64,000 nt of DNA, taken from positions 192,001 through 256,000 of the forward strand of contig CP122380.1 of NCBI GenBank assembly GCA_024650005.2, read 5' to 3'. The notes below the pieces were generated by a model. That model saw only the letters and a program-made list of their open reading frames with translations, did not search any database and was not told the origin of the DNA. Positions 29,531 to 38,845 of this stretch are shown here, piece by piece. Both the position numbers and the translations under genes were made by a program. This stretch comes from Candidatus Bathyarchaeum tardum (GTDB taxonomy: Archaea > Thermoproteota > Bathyarchaeia > Bathyarchaeales > Bathyarchaeaceae). Each line of letters begins with the position of its first letter. The first letter of the stretch is position 1.

Positions 29531-29727
29531 CCTCCTCATCAATTCAAAGAATTAACATCTTTGACGCCTTGCATACTGCCATAACGTCAAAAGACAAAAA
29601 ACAACTTAGATTCGCAAAATGTCCACAATGTGGTCGACACACGCCCTACCGAATAGAAAACCTGGGTGACAATGGCCTTCGCTGCAAGCGATGTGGTTCT
29701 CGTATTTCGTTGTATTATCGACAATGA
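29527..29727 (+). CDS. Small zinc-ribbon protein coupled to PadR gene
   Basis: CPQCG...CKRCG; ATGA overlap. Confidence 0.65.
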   Translation: MTSSSIQRINIFDALHTAITSKDKKQLRFAKCPQCGRHTPYRIENLGDNGLRCKRCGSRISLYYRQ

Positions 29728-29762
29728 AATGCGAATAAAGGTTGTTTTGTGTGGATTGTTTG

Positions 29763-29978
29763 TTAGGTTCTTGCTAGTTCTTTTTTGAGTTTGTTTACGA
29801 AGTTTTCTTCGTTTTCAGCAATTTTCTTTTTTACTTCTTTCCATGTTTCAGAGCAATTCTTGTATTGGACTCCAACTATGCTGTGGATTGTTTTGTCGAT
29901 GTCTTTTTTGTTTTCTTTTGTGACTTGTATTTCTGCTTTTTCGAAAAGAGCGTTCAAGTGTCTAAAGTAGCATGTCAT
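29763..29978 (-). CDS. Small conserved hypothetical protein (MTCYFRHL...)
   Basis: Open frame with protein-like composition; likely leaderless from the shared TATA at ~30005. Confidence 0.65.
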   Translation of the reverse strand: MTCYFRHLNALFEKAEIQVTKENKKDIDKTIHSIVGVQYKNCSETWKEVKKKIAENEENFVNKLKKELART

Positions 29979-30004
29979 ATAATCTGAATATCCGTTTAGC
30001 AATA

Positions 30005-30048
30005 TTTATAAACTGGTGTATGTTTGAGTAATCGGCAATAGGTTGCCG
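30005..30048 (+). promoter_or_regulatory. GOGAT operon promoter: TATA plus CGGCA-N6-TGCCG operator (NrpR-like)
   Basis: TTTATAAA 30005-30012; CGGCAATAGGTTGCCG 30033-30048. Confidence 0.65.
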
Positions 30049-30087
30049 TATGCCAACAAGTGAAGTAGTGGAGAGCGAAAAAATAAC

Positions 30088-30531
30088 ATGAAAAGAATAT
30101 CCGTCAAAGAAGATGCATGCATAGGCTGCGGAATATGCCAAGTTTACTGTACTTTAGAACACTCAAAAAGCAAAGACGCCATCAAAGCCTACCTAAAAGA
30201 AGACCCTAAACCAGTCAGCAGAATTCGTATCGAAACTAACAAACCAGTTTCAATGTCAATCCGGTGCCAGCACTGTAAAGACACCCCGTGTGTGTATGCT
30301 TGTCTTGCTGGGGCAATGACTCTTGACAAAAAAACTGGTCTAGTAATTCATGACCCTGAAAAATGCATGGGCTGTTGGACCTGTATTATGGTTTGTCCAT
30401 ATGGTGCGGTAAAGCCTGATTCTTCAGGAAAAATAATTGCAAAATGTGACCTTTGCCCAAACCTAGATGTTCCTGCATGTGTGACTAACTGCCCCAACGA
30501 TGCGTTATTGTGTGAAACGGTGGAAGAATAA
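30088..30531 (+). CDS. 4Fe-4S dicluster ferredoxin-like protein (CooF/HydN type)
   Basis: CIGCGIC...C, CQHC...PC...C, CMGCWTCIMVCP, KCDLC...PAC...CP. Confidence 0.93.
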   Translation: MKRISVKEDACIGCGICQVYCTLEHSKSKDAIKAYLKEDPKPVSRIRIETNKPVSMSIRCQHCKDTPCVYACLAGAMTLDKKTGLVIHDPEKCMGCWTCIMVCPYGAVKPDSSGKIIAKCDLCPNLDVPACVTNCPNDALLCETVEE

Positions 30532-30532
30532 A

Positions 30533-31807
30533 ATGGTGAAATACTTGATTATTGGGGGCTCTGCAGGAGGTGTTGGAGCCGTTGAAGCAATACGTGAAGT
30601 TGATCCAACTGGTACGATAGCACTAATTTCCGAAGAGGTTTTTCCTCAGTATTCCCGTCCAATGATTTCCGAATTTGTCAGTCAAGAAGCGACTCTTGCT
30701 ACTATGAAATACCGTAGTGAACAGTTCTGGAAGAAACACAACGTCCACGCATACACGGGAAAAACTGCACTGAACATTGATTTTGACAAAAAAATCGTGA
30801 AACTTGATGACGGACAAAAACTAGAATATGAAAAACTGCTACTTGCCACTGGGGGTCGACCAGTTGTTCCCCAAATGGATGGAGTAACAAAGGAGGGGGT
30901 TTTCACTTTCACTGAACTTGCTAGCGCAGAAGGCATAACCTCTAAACTGCAGCACGCAAAATCTGCTGTGGTTCTTGGTGGAGGTCTTATTGGAGTAAGC
31001 GTAGCTGATGCCTTGGTGAAACGTGGAATAAAAATAACCTTAATCGAATTAAATGACAGACTGATTCATGTTGTTTTGGATGAAAAAGCTTCTGAACTTG
31101 CTGAAACAGTGATAAAAGCCACCGGAACAAAGCTGATTCTTAGTCAAACAGTAAAGCAAATTCTCGGAAAACAAGGAAACCCCAACGAAGTGGGTGGGGT
31201 ACTTCTTCAAGATGACACAATAATTTCTTGTGATTTAGTTGTTCTTGCTGTTGGGGTTAATCCACGAATAGAACTTGTTGAAGATTCAAAAGTGGAAATT
31301 CAAAAAGGAATAATTGTTGACCGTTTCATGCAAACCAACATTCCCGACGTTTACGCATGTGGAGATGCAACAGAAGCCCACGATTTTCTGGTAAAAGAAA
31401 ACCGGCGTTTGCCCCTATGGCCTTTAGCTCATGTAGGCGGACGAGTAGCTGGATACAACATGGCTGGTCAAACAACAGAATACGAGGGCGGCACCGTAAT
31501 GAGTTCCATGAACTACTTCCGATTGCCTATTATATCAGTGGGAAAAATTAACCCCGAAGATAGCAGTGAATATGAAATACTTGTTGATGTTCAACCTGAA
31601 AAGCCAGTTTACAGAAAAATTGTCCTCAAAGATGATGTTATTGTAGGCTTCATCTTCTTGGGTGAAGTTGAAAAAGCAGGAATACTGTTCCGATTAATTA
31701 AAAACCAAGTTAACGTAGCTGAAGTTAAGGAAAAACTTCTTTCCAAAGACTTTGGAATAATTAGTTTGCCTGAAACTGTAAGAAAAGAAATGTTTGTGGT
31801 GCATTAA
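30533..31807 (+). CDS. FAD/NAD(P)H oxidoreductase (NADH oxidase/nitrite reductase-like)
   Basis: IIGGSAGG, LLLATGG, VLGGGLIG, T..PDVYACGD. Confidence 0.92.
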   Translation: MVKYLIIGGSAGGVGAVEAIREVDPTGTIALISEEVFPQYSRPMISEFVSQEATLATMKYRSEQFWKKHNVHAYTGKTALNIDFDKKIVKLDDGQKLEYEKLLLATGGRPVVPQMDGVTKEGVFTFTELASAEGITSKLQHAKSAVVLGGGLIGVSVADALVKRGIKITLIELNDRLIHVVLDEKASELAETVIKATGTKLILSQTVKQILGKQGNPNEVGGVLLQDDTIISCDLVVLAVGVNPRIELVEDSKVEIQKGIIVDRFMQTNIPDVYACGDATEAHDFLVKENRRLPLWPLAHVGGRVAGYNMAGQTTEYEGGTVMSSMNYFRLPIISVGKINPEDSSEYEILVDVQPEKPVYRKIVLKDDVIVGFIFLGEVEKAGILFRLIKNQVNVAEVKEKLLSKDFGIISLPETVRKEMFVVH

Positions 31808-31808
31808 C

Positions 31809-32927
31809 ATGAAGAATCTTACTAAAGTTAACAACCCTTACGGCGACGAAAAAGTCTTTGATGCCTGTTCCATATTTGGCATGATGAACCTCAAAGGAGA
31901 AAGGTTCTCCGCAAAAGACCCCATGCGAGCAATCGCTAACATGCATGACCGTGGAAACGGTTTAGGAGGTGGTTTTGCAGCGTATGGAATATACCCCGAA
32001 TACAAAGACGATTACGCCTTCCAGGTAATGTACCTGAGCACCGATGCAAAACTACAAACTGACCGCCTGTTAAACGAAGCCTTTGACATAATCAACGATG
32101 AACCAATGCCCATCCAAGAAGCCAAAGTCACAGATCCCCCTCTAATGTGGAGATACTTTGTTCAACCTAAAACTGCTAAACTTCAGAGCCAGCATCCAAA
32201 CGATTACGTCATGAAATATGTTACTCGCATAAACAGCGAAACAGGCAAAGCTTTCGTGTTTTCAAGCGGAAAAAACATGGGCGTGTTCAAAGGAGTAGGT
32301 TTCCCCGAAGACGTTGGTCAATACTTCTGTTTAGAAGACTACAAAGGATACCTTTGGACCGTTCACGGACGATTCCCAACAAACACCCAAGGCTGGTGGG
32401 GAGGAGCCCATCCTTTCAGTATGCTAGACTGGACTGTAGTTCACAACGGCGAAATTTCATCGTACGGAATAAACAAACGATACCTGGAAATGTTCGGATA
32501 CAAATGCACAATGCAAACCGACACCGAAGTCCTAGCATATGCCTTTGACCTTCTGATGAGACGCCAAAAACTGCCTATCGAAGCAGTTACAAAGATTCTT
32601 GCACCCCCATTGTGGTCAGAAATCAAAACAATGCAACCAAATGCCCAACAAACCATAACTGCTATGCGACAAACATACGGTGGTTTATTGATGAACGGAC
32701 CTTTCACAATCATAGTTGCCCATGAAGGAGAAATGATTGGACTAACAGACAGAATCAAGCTGCGACCTCTTACTGCCGCAACAAAAGGCGATATTTTGTT
32801 TCTGTCTTCAGAAGAAGCAGCCATCAGGCTAGTTTCACCCCACTTAGACGATGTTTGGAGCCCCCGAGGTGGAGAACCCGTAATTGGTCGACTACAAACC
32901 AAAAAACCTGTGGAGACCATAGCCTAG
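31809..32927 (+). CDS. Glutamate synthase amidotransferase domain (GltB1, class II GATase)
   Basis: ACSIFG, DRGNGLG, HGRFPTNT.GWWGGAHPF, VHNGEI, TDTEV, DRIKLRP. Confidence 0.92.
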   Translation: MKNLTKVNNPYGDEKVFDACSIFGMMNLKGERFSAKDPMRAIANMHDRGNGLGGGFAAYGIYPEYKDDYAFQVMYLSTDAKLQTDRLLNEAFDIINDEPMPIQEAKVTDPPLMWRYFVQPKTAKLQSQHPNDYVMKYVTRINSETGKAFVFSSGKNMGVFKGVGFPEDVGQYFCLEDYKGYLWTVHGRFPTNTQGWWGGAHPFSMLDWTVVHNGEISSYGINKRYLEMFGYKCTMQTDTEVLAYAFDLLMRRQKLPIEAVTKILAPPLWSEIKTMQPNAQQTITAMRQTYGGLLMNGPFTIIVAHEGEMIGLTDRIKLRPLTAATKGDILFLSSEEAAIRLVSPHLDDVWSPRGGEPVIGRLQTKKPVETIA

Positions 32928-32938
32928 GAGAATAGACC

Positions 32939-34450
32939 ATGAAAAGTTACGTTATTCCCGAATACATAATCGAACGCGACCCAAATCGTTGCATCCGTTG
33001 TAAAGTTTGCGTTAACCAATGTAGTTACGAAACTCATTGCTACGACGAAGACGACTACTGCATGGTCAGCAAAAGCGAAAACTGTGTAAACTGCCAGCGT
33101 TGTGCAACATTTTGTCCAACTAACGCCATAACTATAAAGAAAAACCCCAACGTTTACCGAAGTAACGCTAACTGGAGCCAAGAAGCTCTAATCGGCATAA
33201 AAAAACAAGCCGAAACAGGAGGAGTCGTCCTTACTGGAATGGGCTGTGACAAACCTGAGCTTACATACTGGGACAGGCTTTTGATAAACGCAAGCCAAGT
33301 CACAAACCCTTCAATTGACCCCCTGAGAGAGCCCATGGAGCTTCGAACATACATTGGTTCCAAACCTAACAAGCTAGACCTTGACTTTAGCAAAGGAGAT
33401 TTAGAGCTGAAAACTAAACTTGCTCCTCAGCTTACTCTTGAAACTCCCATCATGTTCTCTGCCATGTCTTATGGGTCTATTAGTCTTAATGTTCACAAAT
33501 CCCTAGCCCGTGCAGCCAGTGAATACGGCACATACTACAACACCGGAGAAGGAGGACTAGAAAAAAGCCTGTACAAATACAGTGACCACGTTATTGTTCA
33601 AGTTGCCTCTGGACGTTTCGGAGTTCACCCTGAATACTTGAACGCAGGCGCAGCAATAGAAATCAAAATCGGACAAGGTGCAAAACCTGGAATTGGTGGT
33701 CACCTTCCTGGAGAAAAAGTCAGCGCCGAAATTTCCAAAACACGTATGATACCCATGGGAACTGATGCTCTTTCTCCTGCGCCTCAGCATGACATTTACT
33801 CTATCGAAGACCTAAGGCAACTAATCTTTGCCCTCAAAGAAGCTGTCGACTACACAAAACCAGTCTTTGTAAAAATTGCAGCAGTTCACAACGCTGCAGC
33901 TATCGCAAGCGGTATTGTTCGAGCTGGTGCAGATGCTGTAGTCCTTGATGGTATACGAGGAGGAACCGGAGCCGCACCACGAATAACCCGAGACAACGTA
34001 GGCATCCCTATCGAGTTGGCTCTTGCTGCAGTTGATCAACGGTTACGTGACGAAGGCATCCGAAACCAAGCCTCTGTTGTTGCTGCAGGCGGAATCAAAA
34101 GCAGCGGTGACGTTCTCAAAGCCATCGCGCTGGGTGCAGATGCCTGTTACATTGGAACTGCAGCCCTAGTTGCGTTAGGTTGCACAGTTTGTCAGAAATG
34201 TTACACTGGACGATGCCCGTGGGGAATTGCAACCACTGATTTGTGGTTAACTAAACGAATTAACCCAGAAATTGGTGCTCAACGCCTTAAGGGGCTTTTG
34301 CGTGGATGGAGCCTAGAAATCATGGAAATGATGGGCGGAATGGGAATAAACGCCATTGAAAGCGTGCGCGGAAATCGTTTGGTTCTCAGGGGAGTTGGAC
34401 TTACAGATACAGAACTGAAAGTGCTCGGAGTAAGAACAGCAGGAGACTAA
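32939..34450 (+). CDS. gltB: Glutamate synthase FMN subunit (GltB2) with N-terminal ferredoxin
   Basis: AMSYGSIS, NTGEGG, QVASGRFGV, EIKIGQGAKPGIGGHLPG, CTVCQKCYTGRCP. Confidence 0.95.
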   Translation: MKSYVIPEYIIERDPNRCIRCKVCVNQCSYETHCYDEDDYCMVSKSENCVNCQRCATFCPTNAITIKKNPNVYRSNANWSQEALIGIKKQAETGGVVLTGMGCDKPELTYWDRLLINASQVTNPSIDPLREPMELRTYIGSKPNKLDLDFSKGDLELKTKLAPQLTLETPIMFSAMSYGSISLNVHKSLARAASEYGTYYNTGEGGLEKSLYKYSDHVIVQVASGRFGVHPEYLNAGAAIEIKIGQGAKPGIGGHLPGEKVSAEISKTRMIPMGTDALSPAPQHDIYSIEDLRQLIFALKEAVDYTKPVFVKIAAVHNAAAIASGIVRAGADAVVLDGIRGGTGAAPRITRDNVGIPIELALAAVDQRLRDEGIRNQASVVAAGGIKSSGDVLKAIALGADACYIGTAALVALGCTVCQKCYTGRCPWGIATTDLWLTKRINPEIGAQRLKGLLRGWSLEIMEMMGGMGINAIESVRGNRLVLRGVGLTDTELKVLGVRTAGD

Positions 34451-34454
34451 AACA

Positions 34455-35240
34455 ATGTCCCTACAAGACTTAATCAAACAATCAGCCGGCAGTTTAACCG
34501 TCAAAAACAAAGTTGCAAAAATTGATTCCACTGGAATGTACTACCGTGAATTGAACAGTTTACTGCGACAACTGGACAATAATGGGGTTGAAAACATTGA
34601 AATTCGCAACGTTTGTGGTCAACGCTACCTTGGAACTGACCTTAAAGGGAACATAAAACTTGACCTCTATGGAACTCCAGGAAACGACTTAGGTTCGTTC
34701 ATGAAAGGAGTAGACATAACTGTTCACGGCAACGTGCAAGACGCTTGCGGAAACACCATGGACAGCGGAAAAATAGTTGTTCATGGACGGGCAGGAGATT
34801 TGGTAGGACACTCCATGCGTGGAGGGAAAATTTTCATCCGTGATAGTGCTGGCTACCGTGTTGGAATTCACATGAAAGAGTACATGGGAAAACGCCCTTC
34901 CATAGTAATTGGAAGAACAGCCCAAGATTTCCTTGGTGAATACATGGCAGGCGGAATACTAGCTGTATTAGGAATAGACATGAAACAAAAAGTTCACGAC
35001 GCCCGATTTGTCGGAACAGGAATGCACGGCGGAGTAATCTACATCCGGGGTGAGGTTCGTCATATGGGAGAAGAAGTCGCAGTCCGAGAACTTGATGATG
35101 ACGATTACAAAAACCTAAAACCCTTAGTTGAAGAATTCTGCAGTTACTACGACTTGGATGTATCAAAAATTATTGATGGCAACTTCAACAAGCTGATTCC
35201 AGTTTCAAAACGCCCTTACGGAAACCTTTACACATATTAG
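34455..35240 (+). CDS. Glutamate synthase GXGXG domain protein (GltB3)
   Basis: GTPGNDLG, GNTMDSG, FLGEYMAGG, GTGMHGG. Confidence 0.92.
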   Translation: MSLQDLIKQSAGSLTVKNKVAKIDSTGMYYRELNSLLRQLDNNGVENIEIRNVCGQRYLGTDLKGNIKLDLYGTPGNDLGSFMKGVDITVHGNVQDACGNTMDSGKIVVHGRAGDLVGHSMRGGKIFIRDSAGYRVGIHMKEYMGKRPSIVIGRTAQDFLGEYMAGGILAVLGIDMKQKVHDARFVGTGMHGGVIYIRGEVRHMGEEVAVRELDDDDYKNLKPLVEEFCSYYDLDVSKIIDGNFNKLIPVSKRPYGNLYTY

Positions 35241-35656
35241 TCTGCTTTGCGTTTCTTAATCGCGTTTTCTATTACGTCAAGCTTAAGTGCAATATACGCC
35301 AGGGCTGTTGCAACAATGCCGAGAGCGTAATATCCTGCTCCAACTGTAACCCCTATTGATGCGACGGTCCAAAGGGTCGCCGCAGTAGTTAGTCCCCTTA
35401 CTTTTTCTTGGGATTTTACTATGGTTCCTGCACCCAAAAAACCAACTCCCACAACAACTCCTGCTGCTATTCTTGATGGATCACCCCCCGGAAAGGCGTC
35501 ATAGGATAAAATAGTAAACAGGGCTGCTCCTAACCCGACAAGGCTGTTGGTTCGTAATCCTGCGGGTTTTCGGCTTAATTCCCGTTCAAGACCCACAATA
35601 GCCCCCAAAATAAATGCCAAAACTATTTTTATTATTGGTTCAATTTCGAGCATCAT
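35237..35656 (-). CDS. MgtC/SapB family membrane protein
   Basis: GLERE...KPAGLRT, DPSRIAA, GVGFLGAG, GLTTAATLW. Confidence 0.95.
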   Translation of the reverse strand: MMLEIEPIIKIVLAFILGAIVGLERELSRKPAGLRTNSLVGLGAALFTILSYDAFPGGDPSRIAAGVVVGVGFLGAGTIVKSQEKVRGLTTAATLWTVASIGVTVGAGYYALGIVATALAYIALKLDVIENAIKKRKAD

Positions 35657-35722
35657 AGCAACTAAATCTTTTTCACACGTTCTATATATATTTAAACAGG
35701 TCTACGTTGTATGCACAATTAT

Positions 35723-37174
35723 TTAACTCAGCCACAATGGTTTTCCATCAAGAAACTGCGTCAAAAACCCTGCAAAATCAGAATTTCTACAATAAAATGA
35801 TGCAATTTCATCGTTAAGTAAGACTTCTAAACAATCAACTGCTTCTGCAACAATATCAGCAACACCCTCCCCTTTGAAACCGTGTCGCAGTTTATCATTT
35901 AGTAAGTCAATAACATCCGTGTAGTTTCTCTTCACATCTACTATCCAACGGCTGTCTTCTGTTCGGGGTCCAGAAACAGTCAAATCTGAACCTAGATGTT
36001 TTCGCAAAAACTTTTCGGACTCGTTTTTCCTGTTCAAAGGCGGACCTAACTGAGCTTTCATGTTTGGAATCAAACGATTTTGTAGCTCAAATACGAAAAC
36101 GTTCAAGCTTTTTTCGTCACTCCAAATAGCATCCCGCAAAACTTCAAAATCATTTTGGGTGATGATTTTTCGTATGGCTTTTTGTCTTTTGTAAAGTTGC
36201 CCCCATAACACATCGGGAACAGGAATTTTTCCTTTAAACTTGATGAAAACTAATGAAGACCCCCGATTACGTATGCTTTCAAGGAGTTCTGTTTGAGTTA
36301 GGGCTTTGGTTTTTGGTGGATAAAAAAACTTTATGTCAGGTTTTTTTAGGAATTCTCGTGATGCCGCAATGAATTCGTCAAGTTTTTCTGGTCTTACTGC
36401 GGCTGCGACGTTTCTTTGTTTGTCTACTGGGTCAACCACGACTAAGGGTTCAACAAATTTTTCCTTGAGGGCTTTTAGTTGTTTGTATTGTTTTTCGTTA
36501 TCTATGACGGTTTTTTCTTTCCAGTCTGTAGCAGCCCGTAAAACCTCAATGAATGAACCAAAATTTAGAACCAAAAGCTCACAAAGGTATCCGCTGAAAC
36601 CTCCAACCTTGATTTCTGCGCCGTAAACGTTGATTCCTTTCATGAAGCGTTTAAGTAACCTGATTTCTTCTGACATTTTTTTGGTAAGATGCGCTTTGAC
36701 ATAATCTGTGTGGAAGGGCGTTCTGTCGGTTGCGCTGATTAAGTTGCCCTGTTTGACTTTGTAACACGGAACAACATTCAAGTAAACTCCATCATCCGTA
36801 ACCGCTTCAATATACGGGTGCTGGGCATACCTTTCAATCTGGACAAAATCTTTGGTGGCTTCTTTTGCAACATCCAACAAAACTGTCCCAAAATCTTCTA
36901 GAGGAACCGTTTCAGCCACTTGCATAAACACATCAATTTCTGGGCAATCCTTCAACCATGTGTTCTTGGCAACTGAACCCTCTATTCTAACTTCAATGTC
37001 AACCCCTTTGTTTTTGGCGGCGTTTTCTACTTTTTTTGTTAAACTCTCTGCTATTGCTTGAATCTTTTTTTGATCGCTTTCGCTGGGGTTAACTAGTTTT
37101 AGAACTTCCCAACGAATTTCTTCAACGGAACGAGGCACAACAAACACCAAATTATGTTTTACTTTTTTCCACAA
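35723..37174 (-). CDS. cca: Archaeal class I CCA-adding enzyme (start possibly GTG 37138)
   Basis: GSVAKNTWL...IDVF, YAQHPY, SATDRTPFH, VYGAE...GFSGYLCEL, DPVD..RNVAAA. Confidence 0.96.
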   Translation of the reverse strand: MWKKVKHNLVFVVPRSVEEIRWEVLKLVNPSESDQKKIQAIAESLTKKVENAAKNKGVDIEVRIEGSVAKNTWLKDCPEIDVFMQVAETVPLEDFGTVLLDVAKEATKDFVQIERYAQHPYIEAVTDDGVYLNVVPCYKVKQGNLISATDRTPFHTDYVKAHLTKKMSEEIRLLKRFMKGINVYGAEIKVGGFSGYLCELLVLNFGSFIEVLRAATDWKEKTVIDNEKQYKQLKALKEKFVEPLVVVDPVDKQRNVAAAVRPEKLDEFIAASREFLKKPDIKFFYPPKTKALTQTELLESIRNRGSSLVFIKFKGKIPVPDVLWGQLYKRQKAIRKIITQNDFEVLRDAIWSDEKSLNVFVFELQNRLIPNMKAQLGPPLNRKNESEKFLRKHLGSDLTVSGPRTEDSRWIVDVKRNYTDVIDLLNDKLRHGFKGEGVADIVAEAVDCLEVLLNDEIASFYCRNSDFAGFLTQFLDGKPLWLS

Positions 37175-37728
37175 ACTTCTCTTAGATTATTGTAAATTGG
37201 ACCTCGAGGCGTCAAATCACTTTTCTTTAACCTAAGGCATTCTGCATTTATTGTTCCTAACTCGTAGTCTGCCATTTCATGAATTGTTTCTGCGAGTTTG
37301 AATTTGTTTCTTCCGCTCCGTACACGAGCTATGGTTAAATGGGGATTGAAACCTTTATTGTCTGGTTGGAATCCCAGCCCTCTTAGGCGGGGTTCTAGTT
37401 GCTGAAAAATGTCTTTTAGTTCTTTTTCGCCGTTTTTGATTCCTGCCCAGACAACTCGGGGATTATTAGGTTTTGGGAATGCACCTAAACCCTGAAGTTC
37501 TATGGTAAATGGAGAAAACGTAATCTGTTTCATTTCTTCATGGATACTGTCAATCATTGAGGCTTGTATTTCTCCTAAGAACCTGATTGTAACGTGAATG
37601 TTTTGTGGATTGACTAACTTCAGTTCTGCCCCGCTGTTAGCCAACATTTTTTGAATATGAGAAATGTTTCCAAGTATTTTTTGGTCTTCTATATCAAAGG
37701 CTAAGAAACTTCGGATGGTTCCTGACAT
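37159..37728 (-). CDS. thpR: RNA 2',3'-cyclic phosphodiesterase (2H family, LigT-like)
   Basis: HVTIRFLG and PHLTIARV 2H motifs, GAFP....PRVVW, GPIY. Confidence 0.95.
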   Translation of the reverse strand: MSGTIRSFLAFDIEDQKILGNISHIQKMLANSGAELKLVNPQNIHVTIRFLGEIQASMIDSIHEEMKQITFSPFTIELQGLGAFPKPNNPRVVWAGIKNGEKELKDIFQQLEPRLRGLGFQPDNKGFNPHLTIARVRSGRNKFKLAETIHEMADYELGTINAECLRLKKSDLTPRGPIYNNLREVCGKK

Positions 37729-37845
37729 ACAAATCTCTCGTATAATGTCCAATATACTTTTCTTTTCGCGGTTTTAATAACTTCGCGTGTAGGCGCGCCT
37801 ATATTCATTAAAAGTTCACATGCGTTAATTTTTGAATTGCTGGCA

Positions 37846-37970
37846 CCAGAAAAGGGGTTGAGCTCCATGGCGTTTTTGGCGTCCGAACCGAGTGTGCGCC
37901 AAATCCTCCTTAGACTTTTGCGCATTTGCGCACGGCGACTCAAGGTTCTTTGAGCTTGCCCCTTTTTTGG
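37846..37970. ncRNA. Candidate structured RNA (unknown family)
   Basis: GC-rich island in AT-rich spacer; long closing stem plus nested helices and hairpins (see findings). Confidence 0.5.
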
Positions 37971-38287
37971 TTTCTATGACAAAAACTTGAATAACAATAA
38001 TAGGTATAACGTTTATGCACATAAGATTTGTTCCATATTTCGTTTTTAAATCTGATTCAGAATTACACTGAATTTTTAAACATTAATTTTTTTACCATTT
38101 GTATTGACTCAAAATAAGTCCAAAACTTAATTGCTTGAATTGCGCCGATTTCTTTGTTACAAGTATTTTCTGTAAAAACTGTGACCTTACATGAGTTAAA
38201 GAAACTAATCTGTTTTTGTTGGTGCCAACAACTGTTTTATTGAGTTTTAACAGAAGATACTTCATGTAACATAATGAGGGGTTTGGG

Positions 38288-38845
38288 ATAGCAGACAAAA
38301 TTGTTGTTGGGCTTGCTGGGATGCCGGGAGCAGGTAAGGGTGTTTTTCGGAAAACTGTTCAAAGGTTAGGGCATCCTGTTGTTACCATGGGCGACGTAGT
38401 TCGAGCAGAAGTAAAAAGACGAAACCTCAAAGCAACCCCTGAAAACATGGGCAAAGTAATGCTTAACTTACGAGAGTTAGATGGACCTGCTGCCATTGCT
38501 AAACAATGTATTCCAGCATTGAAGCAAACAACTGGAAAACTTGTTGTTATTGACGGAATCCGTAGCCTTGTTGAAGTTGATGAATTCAAGAAGCATTTTG
38601 CTGATTTTGTTTTGGTTGCTGTTCATTCTTCTCCTAAGACAAGATTTAAACGCCTAGTTAACAGAAAACGAAGTGACGATCCCCCTGATTGGAACACGTT
38701 TATGGACCGAGATCTTAGGGAACTTGGGATTGGAATGGGGTCTGTTATTGCAATTGCGGATTACATGATAGTAAATGAGGGAAGCATAAATCATTTGAAG
38801 AACAGAATTAATCAGTTAATTAGTAGGGTGCTTAACGATGACTGA
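38288..38845 (+). CDS. P-loop NMP kinase / archaeal dephospho-CoA-kinase-like (UPF0200); inferred ATA start 38288
   Basis: KIVVGLAGMPGAGK, MGDVVR, IDGIRS..EV, RDLREL..G; first in-frame ATG (38321) lies inside Walker A. Confidence 0.88.
   Translation: MADKIVVGLAGMPGAGKGVFRKTVQRLGHPVVTMGDVVRAEVKRRNLKATPENMGKVMLNLRELDGPAAIAKQCIPALKQTTGKLVVIDGIRSLVEVDEFKKHFADFVLVAVHSSPKTRFKRLVNRKRSDDPPDWNTFMDRDLRELGIGMGSVIAIADYMIVNEGSINHLKNRINQLISRVLNDD

Noticed and set aside
37846-37970. 5S rRNA, SRP, RNase P or tRNA-Sec identity for the structured element
   Set aside because: Contains CCGAAC, but helix order does not fit 5S; lacks SRP helix-8 motif, RNase P P4 consensus and T-loop
37701-38022. ORFs 37701-37943 and 37825-38022 as proteins
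   Set aside because: No motifs; open frames are better explained by the GC-rich structured element (not fully excluded)
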